A stretch of DNA of 64,000 nt from Octopus sinensis (Eukaryota): the NCBI RefSeq assembly GCF_006345805.1, contig NC_043008.1, positions 22,754,001 through 22,818,000 on the forward strand, given 5' to 3'. The stretch's first letter is position 1, and every line of letters starts with the position of its first letter. The translations under genes were made by a program, and so were the position numbers. The notes below the pieces were generated by a model that was not told where the DNA came from, made no database searches, and saw only the letters and a list, made by a program, of their open reading frames with translations. Positions 1-11,277 of this stretch are shown one piece after another.

Positions 1-35
1 GGCCATCAATAAACTGAAACGAGGAGCCAATTGAG

Positions 36-476
36 ATGGTTTGCCGAATAGTCGTGGAAGACCATCATGTAACAATCCAGGAAATTACTCACAAAGTGGG
101 AATAAGCATAAGATCAGTGTATTCCATTTTAATGGAGAATTTATGGACGTGGCGTGTCAGTGAAAAAATAAATTTGGATATTTTTGGGACACACCTCGTA
201 ATCCAAGCTTTTCTGGTTAAGAACAACATGCCACTTCCACTTATTCAACTGGCTCCCTATTCTCCCAACTTGGTACCATGTGATTATGGCTTTTACCCCC
301 AACAGAAAACCACTCTGAACGGGAAGTGGTTTGAGTTGCGAGAGGAAATTATGAGAAAAGTGATGGCGGAGCTCCATATCATTCCAGAGGAGGTGTTCCA
401 GAGGTTTTTACTAGCAATAGCTGAACCACTGGAGACGTCTGTGAATTTCCTAGGAGAGTATTTTGACAGCAATTAA
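36..476 (+). mobile_element. Mariner-family transposase relic (internally deleted)
   Basis: The ORF has an HTH-like segment (EDHHVTIQEITHKVGISIRSVYSIL) joined to the mariner C-terminal motif APYSPNLVPCDY (YSPDLAPxD consensus). The central catalytic region is missing. Confidence 0.8.
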
Positions 477-662
477 ACAAAATTTGTGAAATGTACAAAA
501 CTGCTTTTTTTTTTTATACCCAAAGGCTGAATAATTCTGCTAAATGCATTTCACACACACACACACACACAGGCGCTGTGCTAGAGAAAACTTACCAAAC
601 CGAAGCAAATAAGGAAGAACAGACATAAAATAATGACAATGCAGATGAAATACATGCAGATG

Positions 663-703
<41 letters not shown>

Positions 704-1231
704 GCGTGAGTGTGTAAATCAGTCAAAGTACTTGCTGACCAAAGAGACATGAACAGAAGATGTAGAAGACATCATAATGGACATTTTAAGTCTTCATTAA
801 CAGCATGTCACATCGGATTCATTAACTTAATGCAAGTCGCAACATGACTTTATTGTTTCTTCACAAAACTATACAAGACGAAATAGCTAAGTGCAAAAGC
901 ATTAGCGAAATATATTACTTGGCTCTGCCACAAATAAAGCCATGCAGCGCTGCAGCTGTTGCTGGTTAGCCGAAGTCAGCTCTGTTTAGGCAAACCAATA
1001 ACAAAAAGATGGCTGATTATATTTAACTGTTTTTTTTTACTTGTTTTAATCGTTGGACTTATGGTCATGCTGGAGCACCTCATTGAAGAATTTTCGTCGA
1101 ACGACTGGATCCTGGTGCTTATTAAGTCTGTTGATCATTTCAGCTGAACTAAGTTAAGGGGATGTAAACAGACCAACATTGGTTGTCAAGTGATGACGGT
1201 GAGAGAAAACATACATACACACGCATATATA

Positions 1232-1299
<68 letters not shown>

Positions 1300-1300
<1 letters not shown>

Positions 1301-1512
1301 CATCTTTTCTACTCTAGGCACAAGGCCCAAAATTTTGGGGGAGGGGGCCAGTTGATTAGATCGACTCCAGTACACAACTGGTACTTAATTTATTGACCTC
1401 GAAAGGATGTAAAGCAAAGTCAACCCCAGTGAAATTTGAACTCAGAATGTAAAGACAGACAAAACACAACTAAGCATTTCGCCTGGCGTGCTAACATTTC
1501 TGCCAGCTTGCC
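1300..1512 (-). mobile_element. SINE family B (tRNA-like head), degenerate
   Basis: Reverse complement of the gctggcagaa..ttagcacgcc.ggcgaaatgcttag...gagttcaaatt family also seen at 31688, 54003, 59478 and 63146. Confidence 0.7.
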
Positions 1513-1539
1513 TTACATATATATATATATAATAAATAT

Positions 1540-1916
1540 TCTTTTATTTGTTTCAGTTATTTGACTGCGGCCTTTAGTCAAACAAATTGCTCCCAGGACG
1601 TATTCTTTGTAAGGCTAGTACTTATTCTATCGGTTTCTTTTGCCAAACCGCTAAGTTATGGGGGACGTAAATAAACACACCAGCATCGGTTGTCAAGCAA
1701 TGGTGAGGGGACAAATACAAACACAAAAACATACACACCCACACACATATATATATGAAATGGGCTTCAGTTTCTGTCTACCAGATCCACTCACAAGGCT
1801 TTGGTTGGCCTGAGACTATAGTAGAAGACACATGCCCAAGGTGCCATGCAGTGGAGCTGAACCCAGAACCATGTGGTTGGTAAGCAAGCTACTTACCATA
1901 CAGCCACTCCTGTGCC
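1540..1916 (-). mobile_element. SINE family A (~410 bp, tRNA-like head, internal CA/TA microsatellite)
   Basis: Matches the family consensus ggcgcaggagtggctgtgtggtaag...ggttcagtccc...gactgaaacaagtaaaagag, present in more than 12 copies in the window. Confidence 0.8.
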
Positions 1917-2472
1917 TCTCTATATATAATGTATATATATATTCTCTTATTTGTTTCAACCATTTGACTGTGGCCATGCTGGAGCATTGCCTTTTAGTTG
2001 AACAAATCGACCCCTGAACTCATTTTTTGTAACCCTGGCACTTGTTCTGTTGTTCTCTTATGCCGAACCGCTAAGTTACAGGGACATAGGCACACCAACA
2101 TCGGTTGTCAAGCGAAGGTGGTAGGACAAACAGAGACACAAAAGCACACACACACATACACATCATCATCATCATTTAACATCTGTTGTCCATGCTGGCA
2201 TAGGCTGGACAGTTTGACTGGGCTGGCATGCTGGAAGGCTGCACCAGACTCCACTCTGACTTGGCATGATTTTCTATGGCTGGATGCCCCACCTCTCGCC
2301 AACCACTCCAAGAGTGAAATGGGTGCTTTGGCTTCTGTCAGTTTCTGTTAACCAAATCTACTCACAAGGATTTGGTTGGCCCGAGGCTAAAGTAGACGCC
2401 ACTTGCTCAAGGTGCCACACAGTGGAACTGAACCCAGAACCAAGCTTCTTACGACACAACCACTCCTGCACC

Positions 2473-2528
<56 letters not shown>

Positions 2529-2957
2529 ATGACCTTCCGTTCTGTTTCTATCTACCAAAATTCCCTTGCAAGGCATAGGTTGGTTTGGAACTATAATAGA
2601 AGACATTTTCCCAAAGTGCTGCACAGCAGTACTGAACCTGAAACCAAATGGTTCCAAAGTGAGCTTCTTATCCCCACAGCCAAACTATTGTCCTAATGCA
2701 TTCACCATTAACATCTCTAAGATGATATTCGGCAGCCATGAACAGTGACATCCTCCGACACTTTCAATCGTTTCTCTCCTCAGTAACCACCAGGTACATT
2801 AACAGCATCAAACACACTTCCAATTTCAGAAGACCTATAAGGGTCAAAGGTACTGGCCCCTTCTTACAGACTGAGCAAGTAAAAAAAAAACAACAACAAA
2901 AAAGGGTGGGGGTGGGACATCAGCATTACTATAGCAACAAAGTAAAACTATTCCTAC

Positions 2958-3063
2958 CTTCATTATTTCTGTGATCAGAACCATTGATGAAGAACTAAAA
3001 GGAATTTTGCCATCTTTTTCACAGAGATGCACCAATACTGTATAAGATCCATATATGAACACC
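2958..3063 (-). CDS. SLC35A4: SLC35A4-like nucleotide-sugar transporter, internal coding exon
   Basis: Minus strand reads ttttttcttttttccag|G GTG TTC ATA TAT GGA...ATG AAG|gtagga. It encodes VFIYGSYTVLVHLCEKDGKIPFSSSSMVLITEIMK, resembling the SLC35A4 N-terminal motif YGxHxxLxxLCxxDGxxPFxxSSxVLLTExxK (recalled, not searched). Its phase-2 start matches the upstream exon. Confidence 0.85.
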
Positions 3064-3933
3064 CTGGAAAAAAGAAAAAAACATCAACTGAAATTCAAAA
3101 ACAGAATCAACGATAGAATAAGTACTAGGCTTACAAAGAATAAGTCCTGCGGTCAATTTGCTCGACTAAAGGCGGTGCTCCAGGATGGCCACAGTCAAAT
3201 GACAGAAACAAGTAAAAGTAAAAGATATGTCTCTATATCCGTCTTTAAGGGGTTGACCCAGGAAGATGTCGGAAGAAGTGGTGAGAAAAGGTTCTCCGGA
3301 CGCTGGGGCTCACTGAGGAAAATGACAAGGGACTGGGAGATGTGGTGATTTGCTATACTTGAGAAGACGCACCAAGCCAAGTAAAACCACTGTCTTCCAC
3401 ACAAGCAGGCTTGGCCTTTCAGGTGTTGATGCCACTTAAAAAGCCACCTGTGCCAGGTATGCGTTAATACGCCCCATGCCAGCGGCACATAAAAAGAATC
3501 ACCCAGCACACTCTGTTAAGCGGTCGGCATTAGGAAGGGCAGCATCTAGCTGTAGAAACTGTGCCTCAACAGATGGCCAGAGTTGGGACAGCAGATGTAT
3601 GATGATGATGATGAGGAGGAGGAGGAGGAGGGGGAAGGAGGATAGGGAGGATGTGGAGGAGGAGGAGGACACTAAACACTTGCAAAGCTATCCTTTATTT
3701 ATGTCCATTAACTTAGTAATTTCACAAACGGAGATCAAAAGGACCAACCTAAAAAGAGAAAGAACATCTATGAACATTTTGCTGAAAACATGGACATGAA
3801 GGGGTTTAACACTAAAATGTGTAAAATAAACAAAGAAATAAATTACTACCTAATTTTACTGTCAGGTAAAGCAAAATAATTGATGTCTTTTTCCTCTGTA
3901 TTCTGTGTTCGTATTCTTCATGGTTGACAAAAT

Positions 3934-4106
3934 CATCATCATCATTTAACGTCTGCTTTCCATGCTAGCATCGGTTGGACGATTTGACTGAGGTCTGGTG
4001 AACCAGACTCCAATCTGATCTGGCAGAGTTTCTACAGCTGGATGCCCTTCCTAACGCCAACCACTCCGAGGGTGTAGTGGGTGTTTTTACGTGCCACTGG
4101 CATGCA
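3934..4106 (-). mobile_element. 5'-truncated RTE LINE 3' end flanked by a long direct duplication
   Basis: (CAT)n tail followed by tttaacgtc..catgctagcat..., matching the 3' end of the full RTE at 42777. The flanks 3801-3933 and 4107-4221 are near-identical. Confidence 0.8.
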
Positions 4107-4287
4107 GGGGGTTAACAGTAAAATAACCAAAGAAATAAATTACTACTTAATTTTACTGTCAGGTAAATTGATGTCTTTTTCCTCTGCATTCTGTGTTCAT
4201 ATTCTTTATGGTTGACAAAATGTTTATTAGATTAGAACGTTATCCCTTGAGAACCCAAGAGAAATTCTAAAGAAAAGATTTACTTAC

Positions 4288-4379
4288 CCAAAAAGAAGCA
4301 TAATCCGCCAAAGGCATCCATTAACAAGTTCTTTGCCATTCTTCTCATCTCCTGATAGTGGAATATTAACAGTTGTATC
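4288..4379 (-). CDS. SLC35A4: SLC35A4-like transporter, upstream coding exon
   Basis: Minus strand reads atcttgcag|GAT ACA ACT...CTT TTT GG|gtaagt and encodes DTTVNIPLSGDEKNGKELVNGCLWRIMLLF-G. The phase-2 donor splices in frame to the 3063 exon, giving WRIMLLFGVFIYG. An in-frame ATG at 4406-4404 could alternatively be the start. Confidence 0.8.
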
Positions 4380-4786
4380 CTGCAAGATATTCCAAGAGAT
4401 ATTCATTTCAGAATGTTAAACCAAACATTGAATCAAATGATACATATATATGTAATTGATTTCTTTCAGTTTCTGTCTACAAAATCAACTCACAAAGCTT
4501 TGGTTGGTCTGAGGCTATAGCAGAAGACACATGCCAAGTCACCACACAGTGGTACTGAACCAAGGACCATGTGTTTTGGAACAAAGTTTCTTACCAGACA
4601 GCCACACCTGCACCTATGTATGTGTGTGTTTGTGAGTGTGTGTGTGTGTGAGTGTATGGGTGTATATATGTATGCATGTATATATGTGTACATATTACAT
4701 GTATATCTATACATATATACCTACACATGTACATGTATACATATACATCTATACATATACTTGTATATATATATTTTGTGCAGATG

Positions 4787-4820
<34 letters not shown>

Positions 4821-5484
4821 ACACACACACACACACATATATATATATACACATATACAAGATATATATATATATTATATACATGCATGTATGTATATAT
4901 GTATGTATGCCTGTATATATGTGAGATAAGTTTCACTTTAATAGTTTCAGTATTAAAGTGAAAATATCTGACATTACAATAGAGATGTTATTGTTTGGCT
5001 TTTGACACATAATACTGAAATAGTGGAGGAGATATGATATTGCTCTGAGCTCGCACTAGGCAAGAAGTTAAAAATATTTTTGGCCTATGACACTACACGA
5101 GTAAAATTTGAATGAAATTGGTTGTGTAGTTCTCAAGTTTTAGGGATTCACACAGACAGACAGACATTCTCATCTTTATATATATAGATTGAAAATTTAT
5201 GAATTTTCACGGAGGCCTTGCCCCCTTAAAGCCATCTCAAATTGAAACTGAACATACTGCATTATACCCATCCTTATGCATTGATTTTTATATAATAGAT
5301 ATAGAGATATGAATATGCACATATACATACATGTATGTATGTGTTTGTATGGGTGTATATACGTATGCATGTATATCTATACATATACATCTATATCTAT
5401 ATACATCTATACATATACATATATACATGTATATATATGTATATATATATATATACATTAATATATATACATTTGTGCAGATGT

Positions 5485-5522
<38 letters not shown>

Positions 5523-6668
5523 TTATATAATATATACATTATAATTGTATGTATATATGTATGTCTATATATGTGAGATAAGTTTCACTTTAATAGTTTC
5601 AGTATTAAAGTGAAAATATCTGACATTATAATAAATATTGTTTGGCTTTTGACACATAATACTGAAATAGTGGAGGAGATATGATATTGCTCTGAGCTCG
5701 CACTAGGCAAGAAGTTAAAAATATTTTTGGCCTATGACACTACATGAGTAAAATTTGAATGAAATTGGTTGTGTAGTTCTCAAGTTTTAGGGATTCACAC
5801 AAACAGACAGACATTCTCATCTTTATATATATAGATTGAAAATTTATGAATTTTCATGGGGGTCCTGCCCCCTTTAAGCCATCTCAGATTGAAACCGAAC
5901 ATACTGCATTATACCCATCCTTATGCATTGCATCTAAGCTCCAAATATCATAAAAGATCCATTCAGTAAATTTTGGTCCATGAAATTGTATGAAACACAC
6001 AGCATTACCCTTCTCCCTAGGCTGGGATTTTATGCTCTAAATTTCATCAGGATTGGTGCAGTAGTTTTCGAATGTATAAGTAACACATGAACACACATAA
6101 AGACATTGACTTTTATATAATAGATATGAATATGCATATATACATACGTGTATGTGTGCGTGTGTATTATACACACTCACACACAGACACACACACACAC
6201 ACACACAAAGAGATTGATAGATACAACTGAGTTGGCAAACAAAAGTATGAGAAACTGTCTAGTGCTTTTTTTTATTTTGATAAGCCTGGTATTCTATCAG
6301 TTTCTTCTTGTCAAACCAGTAAGCTATGGGGGTGTAAATAAACAAACAGCAGTTGTGAAGCAGTGATGAGGGAGAAACACAGAGACAAAGACACACACAT
6401 ACACTTACATATATACATAAATAAATATAGAATTGATTTCTTTCAGTTTCTGTCTACAAAATCCACTCACAAGGCTTTGGTTGGTCTGAGGCTATAGCAG
6501 AAGGCACATGCACAGTGGTACTGAACTGAGGACCATGTGTTTTGGAACGAAGTTTCTTACCACACAGCCACACCTGCACCAATGTTTGTGTGTGTGTGTG
6601 TGTATGGGTGTATATATGTGTAGATATTACATGTATATCTATACATATACATATATACATGTATATAT

Positions 6669-6890
6669 GTAGGGAGAATTTACGAAAAAACAAAAGTCGA
6701 AGACAGGTGGTGTACAAAGCAAACAGATGTATTAGTATAACGCTCAGGAATAGAAAAAGTCTTTTACGTTTCGAGCCTATGCTCTTCTACAGAAAGGGAC
6801 ACAGAAAAAACAAGGAGAGAAAAAAAATGTGTGTAGTGGCTAACAATCTATCATGGTGTGTGACCCTCGGACATAAGGGTCACACACCAT
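6669..6890 (-). mobile_element. Penelope-like pLTR fragment with variant hammerhead-like motif and terminal 15-bp foldback
   Basis: Same family as 13240-13408. It ends in (TA)n, has a hammerhead-like motif at 6796-6760, and has a perfect 15-bp inverted repeat at 6853-6867/6876-6890. Confidence 0.55.
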
Positions 6891-7045
6891 ATATTAGCCA
6901 ACCGAATATGGCTAGGGACAGGGCAGGGTGGTGGGGGTGTTACTGTTGCATTTAGCCCCAGGCGAACATCAACGTCACCAGATAGGCCTGACGCCATCAC
7001 GGCGTCCTTTATCTTGCAAAGGGAGATCACCCACCAAGAAGCCGA

Positions 7046-7099
7046 TACCACACACGGACCTAGGTTTCAAGGTGTGTTGCCTATTATCAACGTGTGGTA
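7046..7099 (-). ncRNA. Hammerhead motif, inverted copy of 7454-7507
   Basis: Reverse-complement copy in the inverted arm (ttatcaa at 7084-7090). Confidence 0.7.
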
Positions 7100-7453
7100 G
7101 GCATCGCTTCTCGATGAACGACCAACTTTGCAAGATACATATAAGGATTTTCAAGTAAATACATTTACTGATTTCGAAAATCCGTTCGACAGCAATAATA
7201 ATTCTCTAAATGAGATATAGACAGTGACTGCTCCGCCTGGGGCTAAATGCAACAGTGACACCCCCACCACCCTGCCCTGTCCTAGCCATATTCGGTTGGC
7301 TAATATCCCTTATATTACGGAGCAGTCACTGTCTATATCTCATTTAGAGAATTATTATTGCTGTCGAACGGATTTTCGAAATCAGTAAATGTATTTACTT
7401 GAAAATCCTTATATGTATCTTGCAAAGTTGGTCGTTCATCGAGAAGCGATGCC

Positions 7454-7507
7454 TACCACACGTTGATAATAGGCAACACACCTTGAAACCTAGGTCCGTG
7501 TGTGGTA
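7454..7507 (+). ncRNA. Type I hammerhead ribozyme motif, U3:A8 core variant
   Basis: cacacg UUGAUAA u-agg-caacaca-ccu-u GAAA ccuagg UC^ cgugug. Stems I and II pair, stem III is palindromic (ACCUAGGU), and the GUC site predicts a cut after 7496. Confidence 0.75.
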
Positions 7508-7796
7508 TCGGCTTCTTGGTGGGTGATCTCCCTTTGCAAGATAAAGAACGCCGTGATGGCGTCAGGCCTATCTGGTGACGTTGATGTTCGCCTGGGGCTA
7601 AATGCAAGTGACACCCCCACCACCCTGCCCTGTCCCTAGCCATATTCGGTTGGCTAATATCCCTTATATTACGGAGCAGTCACTGTCTATATCTCACTTA
7701 GAGAATTATTATTGCTATATATATATACATCTATATATATACATTTGTGCAGATGTATACATATATACATACACACACACACACATACATATATTA

Positions 7797-8097
7797 TCAT
7801 CATCATCGTTTAACGTCCGTTCTCCATGCTAGCATGGGTTGAACGATTCGACCGGGGATCTGGGAAGCCAGAAGGCTGCACTAGGCTCCAGTCTTATCTG
7901 GCAATGTTTCTACAGCTGGATGCCCTTCCTAATGCCAACCACTCCGTGAGTGTAGTGGGTGCTTTTTACGTGCCACCTGCACAGGTGCCAGGCGAGGCTG
8001 GCCGTTGCCAGCCTCGCCTGGCAACGGCCACGGTCGGATTGGTGTATTTTACGTGCCACCGGCACGGAAGCCAGTCGAGGCGGCCCTGGCATTGGCC
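7797..8097 (-). mobile_element. RTE LINE 3' fragment
   Basis: (CAT)n tail and high identity to 42777-43065. Confidence 0.85.
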
Positions 8098-9079
8098 ATA
8101 TATATATATATCATAATTATAATATATATATATATTATGTATATATATATACATAATATATATATATTATAATTATGTTTGTATGTTTGTATATATGTGA
8201 GATAAGTTTCACTTTAATAGTTTCAATATTAAAGTGAAACTCTGACATTACAAAGTGAAAATATCTGACATTACAATAGAGATGTTATTGTTTCGTTTTT
8301 GACATGTAATACTGACATAGTGGACGAGATATGATATTGCTCTGGGCTCCACCTACCAAATCCACTCATAAGGTTTTGGTTAGCCCAAGGCTATAGTAGA
8401 AAACACCTGCCCAAGGTGTCACACAGTGGGACTGAACCCAGAACCATGAAAGCCTTTTACCTCACAGCCACTCCTGTGCCTATTGTAAATAAATAAATAT
8501 AAACATTTTCAATATCAACTGGTATAAAAATTCATGGTTGTCAACAAGTAGAAGTGAAGTGGAGTGGCATGGAATTTGTAGAATTTCTCTTTGAGGATGC
8601 TTGTCAAGCCTTGAAACATTTATGGATGCCTAAGACGATCAGGTTGGGTGCATAAAATATGAGGTGAAGTGGAGAGTCCACACTAAGTAAGGGAGTAAGG
8701 GGAGGAGGGCGTTGTTCTCTCAAGAAAGCGTATAAAACAGGTGAGTAAAAATAACTGGAGGTTAGATGTGGACAGTGGAATCAAAAGAACCAGTTTAATG
8801 ATATTCAAGGAGTTTTATCTTGTTCTTCCTAGATGTATGATGTAGTTTTAATTTAAGACAGAGAGAAAAATGAAAGATGGGGTTAAAATATTAACCCTCT
8901 AGCATTTAAATCGGTTATGTCCAGCCCAAATATTCTCCCATTTTATGATCAAACTGGCCAGATCTGGTCTCTAACACCGAAACTACAATTAATTCAAAAC
9001 AATGAAAACAAATAATTTTTGCGTTTGACAGAGTTATGTGAAAGCTAAAGAATTAAACTAATTTTTAGAATCGCCCTCT

Positions 9080-9485
9080 CTTTTACTCTTTTACTTGTTT
9101 CAGTCATTTGACTGCGGCCATGCTGGAGCACCGCCTTTAGTCAAGCAAATTGACCCCAGGACTTATTCTTTGTAAGCCTAGTACTTATTCTATCGGTCGC
9201 TTTTGCTGAACTGCTAAGTTACAGGGGACGTAAACACTCTAGCATCGGTTGTCAAGCAATGTTGGGGGGACAAGCACAGACACACAAACACACACAGACA
9301 AATATATACATATAAATATATACGACAGGCTTCTCTCAGTTTCCGTCCACCAAATCCATTCACAAGGCCCTGGCCGGCCCGAGGCTACAGCAGAAGACAC
9401 TTGCCCAAGGTGCCACGCAGTGGGACCGAACCCGGAACTATGTGGCTGGTAAGCAAACTACTTACCACACAGCCTCTCCTGCGCC
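9080..9485 (-). mobile_element. SINE family A, full length
   Basis: Matches the family consensus, with a (ctctttta)n tail. Confidence 0.85.
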
Positions 9486-9911
9486 ATTTAAACATTTCTA
9501 GACCAATTGCACCCCTTCTCCTTCTCACACAAAAACACAAAACTCACACATAGAAAGAAACAGATATATACACTCACATAACATAATTGTCAAATACAAA
9601 ACACAGGTGTTTCTCAAGAATATGTTTTCTCATTCACTCTTCTACATAACTTTATTTACCTCATACACTGGAGACATCACAGTTAATACTCTCTAGCAGT
9701 TCCCAACGACATTACTGCACAAATAACTTCAATGCAATAAAAACTGCATAAAAATCTGGCTCCAAATAAGCAGACTAAAAGTAGCACCTACCAAGCTGAC
9801 CGTCTTCCTTCTTGGCAATAGCACCATAAACTGATATATGATACAACACCATCGCTAACAAAAACATACCACATACAACACACAAGACAAAAATAACAGT
9901 TATTACATACA

Positions 9912-10301
9912 CTAGCAGTATAGCCCAGCATTGCTCGGGCTTGTTTTCTTTAGAATAGGAATTTTTGAAAAGCAAAAATTTTGCATTATGTAGCTTGTTA
10001 TTCTCTTTAAGTGAACATTTTTCTGATTGAAATACACTGAAAAATGGCGACACAGCAGCAAAAAAAAAACGTAAAAAATAGGGATTTTCATAGAAAAAAA
10101 GCACCTTTATGATGTAAATAATTTTTGGTCTTAACATGGTCCAATTTGAATTTTTTCTTCTATGGAAGGAAGAGCAAGCCTTCTTCTATCATACTCTCAA
10201 TTTTGGTCAACTTGCGCCGCAGGGTCTCGGAGGAGATAGTGTTAGTTGAAGGCTACCAAACCTTCCATACACAGACAACTTCAGCTTTATATATAGAGAG
10301 A
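9912..10301 (-). mobile_element. Non-autonomous Helitron
   Basis: On the minus strand it has 5' TC(TCTATATATAAAG), a subterminal hairpin gcccgagcaatgctgggc and a 3' CTAG, inserted between A and T. Same family as 29537-29928 and 52903-53180. Confidence 0.8.
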
Positions 10302-10832
10302 TTATTCAAAAGAAACTTTAAAAAAACAACAAAGCAATGCATCTATGCACTTAAACCACTCACAAGCAACACATTTTCTTAACTGAAAGGAACACCAGCA
10401 CATGTACAGGAAACATCAAATCCACCATGGAATAATAGTTGCCCCATTTCAGTAACAAATTACAAGCTACACGCCACTCCCACCCACCCAAGCGGTACAG
10501 TTTGCATTATCACAGAACTGCACACAGACCACCCAGGGTATAAACTAACTTCACTCCAAAATGACATTTCTGGGACACAATCAAGGAATAAACTGCCTGC
10601 CTTTATATGTTCAACTTATGAAAAACGTCCTAGCAACATATACAATGACACTATCTTCAAAACTTCAAAACGCAGTCCAAATAATTACAGTATTAATATC
10701 AGCAGTATTAATGAACTCATTAACTGTGTTGGTATGTTAATGATTAGTTCAGAAGAACAACAATTCTCATTCTTCAAATTGTCATCGTCATGGTTGAGCA
10801 TGTGTACATGTTTATGTATATATATATATATA

Positions 10833-11236
10833 CTTTATTTTAAGCAGCAGAAAATTCAACAAAATCTGTTACTCTGAGTTTCTCGTTGCCGTTCATCAGA
10901 CAGTTTTTGCTAGAATGGAACTTATATATTAATTCAATCTATACTCTTACAAACGCTACACCTTTAAAAAGAAATGGACTTGTTTGATTGGCCCCTTAGA
11001 AAAAACGGTCAATCAAACAAGTCCATTTCTTTTTAAAGGTGTAGCGTTTGTAAGAGTATAGATTGAATTAATATATAAGTTCCATTCTAGCAAAAACTGT
11101 CTGATGAACGGCAACGAGAAACTCAGAGTAACAGATTTTGTTGAATTTTCTGCTGCTTAAAATAAAGCATATTACTCTACCACTGGTATTTGAGTACTCT
11201 TTTTTCCACCTTGTTTCACATTTATGTGTTTACTCC

Positions 11237-11239
<3 letters not shown>
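10833..11239 (+). mobile_element. Penelope-pLTR-like foldback element in (TA)n
   Basis: 158-bp inverted arms at 10833-10990 and 11010-11167 plus a unique 3' tail. Flanked on both sides by (TA)n and carries a hammerhead motif. Confidence 0.8.
11093..11139 (+). ncRNA. Type I minimal hammerhead ribozyme motif
   Basis: cugu CUGAUGA a-cg-gcaa-cg-a GAAA cucagag UA^ acag. The canonical core is at 11101-11107, GAAA at 11118-11121, and the cut is predicted after 11130. An inverted copy lies at 10861-10907. Confidence 0.8.

Positions 11240-11277
<38 letters not shown>

Larger units (their letters stand above)
6891..7715 (+). mobile_element. Retrozyme/Penelope-pLTR-like element, 355-bp unit, inverted copy plus tandem
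   Basis: 6891-7235 is the reverse complement of ~7318-7660. The direct part 7236-7715 repeats with a 355-bp period (cctggggctaaatgc at 7236 and 7591) and ends in (TA)n. Confidence 0.8.
4447..8345. repeat. Local triplicated segment (~600-650 bp unit: SINE head, microsatellite, hairpin block)
   Basis: The block gtgagataagtttcactttaatagtttca.tattaaagtgaaa occurs at ~4921, ~5573 and ~8197. 4453-4620 matches 6432-6590. The third copy is expanded by insertions at 6669-7715 and 7797-8097. Confidence 0.75.

Noticed and set aside
589-660. Minus-strand gtaag donor after a hydrophobic stretch, as a possible next SLC35A4 exon
   Set aside because: No acceptor (it is preceded by a CA repeat) and it does not resemble the expected next SLC35A segment.
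4490-5544. Numerous Y/I/H/T/C/V-rich ORFs
   Set aside because: They are (TA)n/(CA)n microsatellite artefacts.
6928-7643. Duplicate 76/82-aa ORFs on opposite strands
   Set aside because: They arise from the inverted repeat, are antisense to the ribozyme strand, differ by an indel, and show no recognisable domain.
9480-10680. Possible old LINE RT relic or coding exon around the Helitron
   Set aside because: There is only a faint IKSTME-like trace, too degenerate to support a call.
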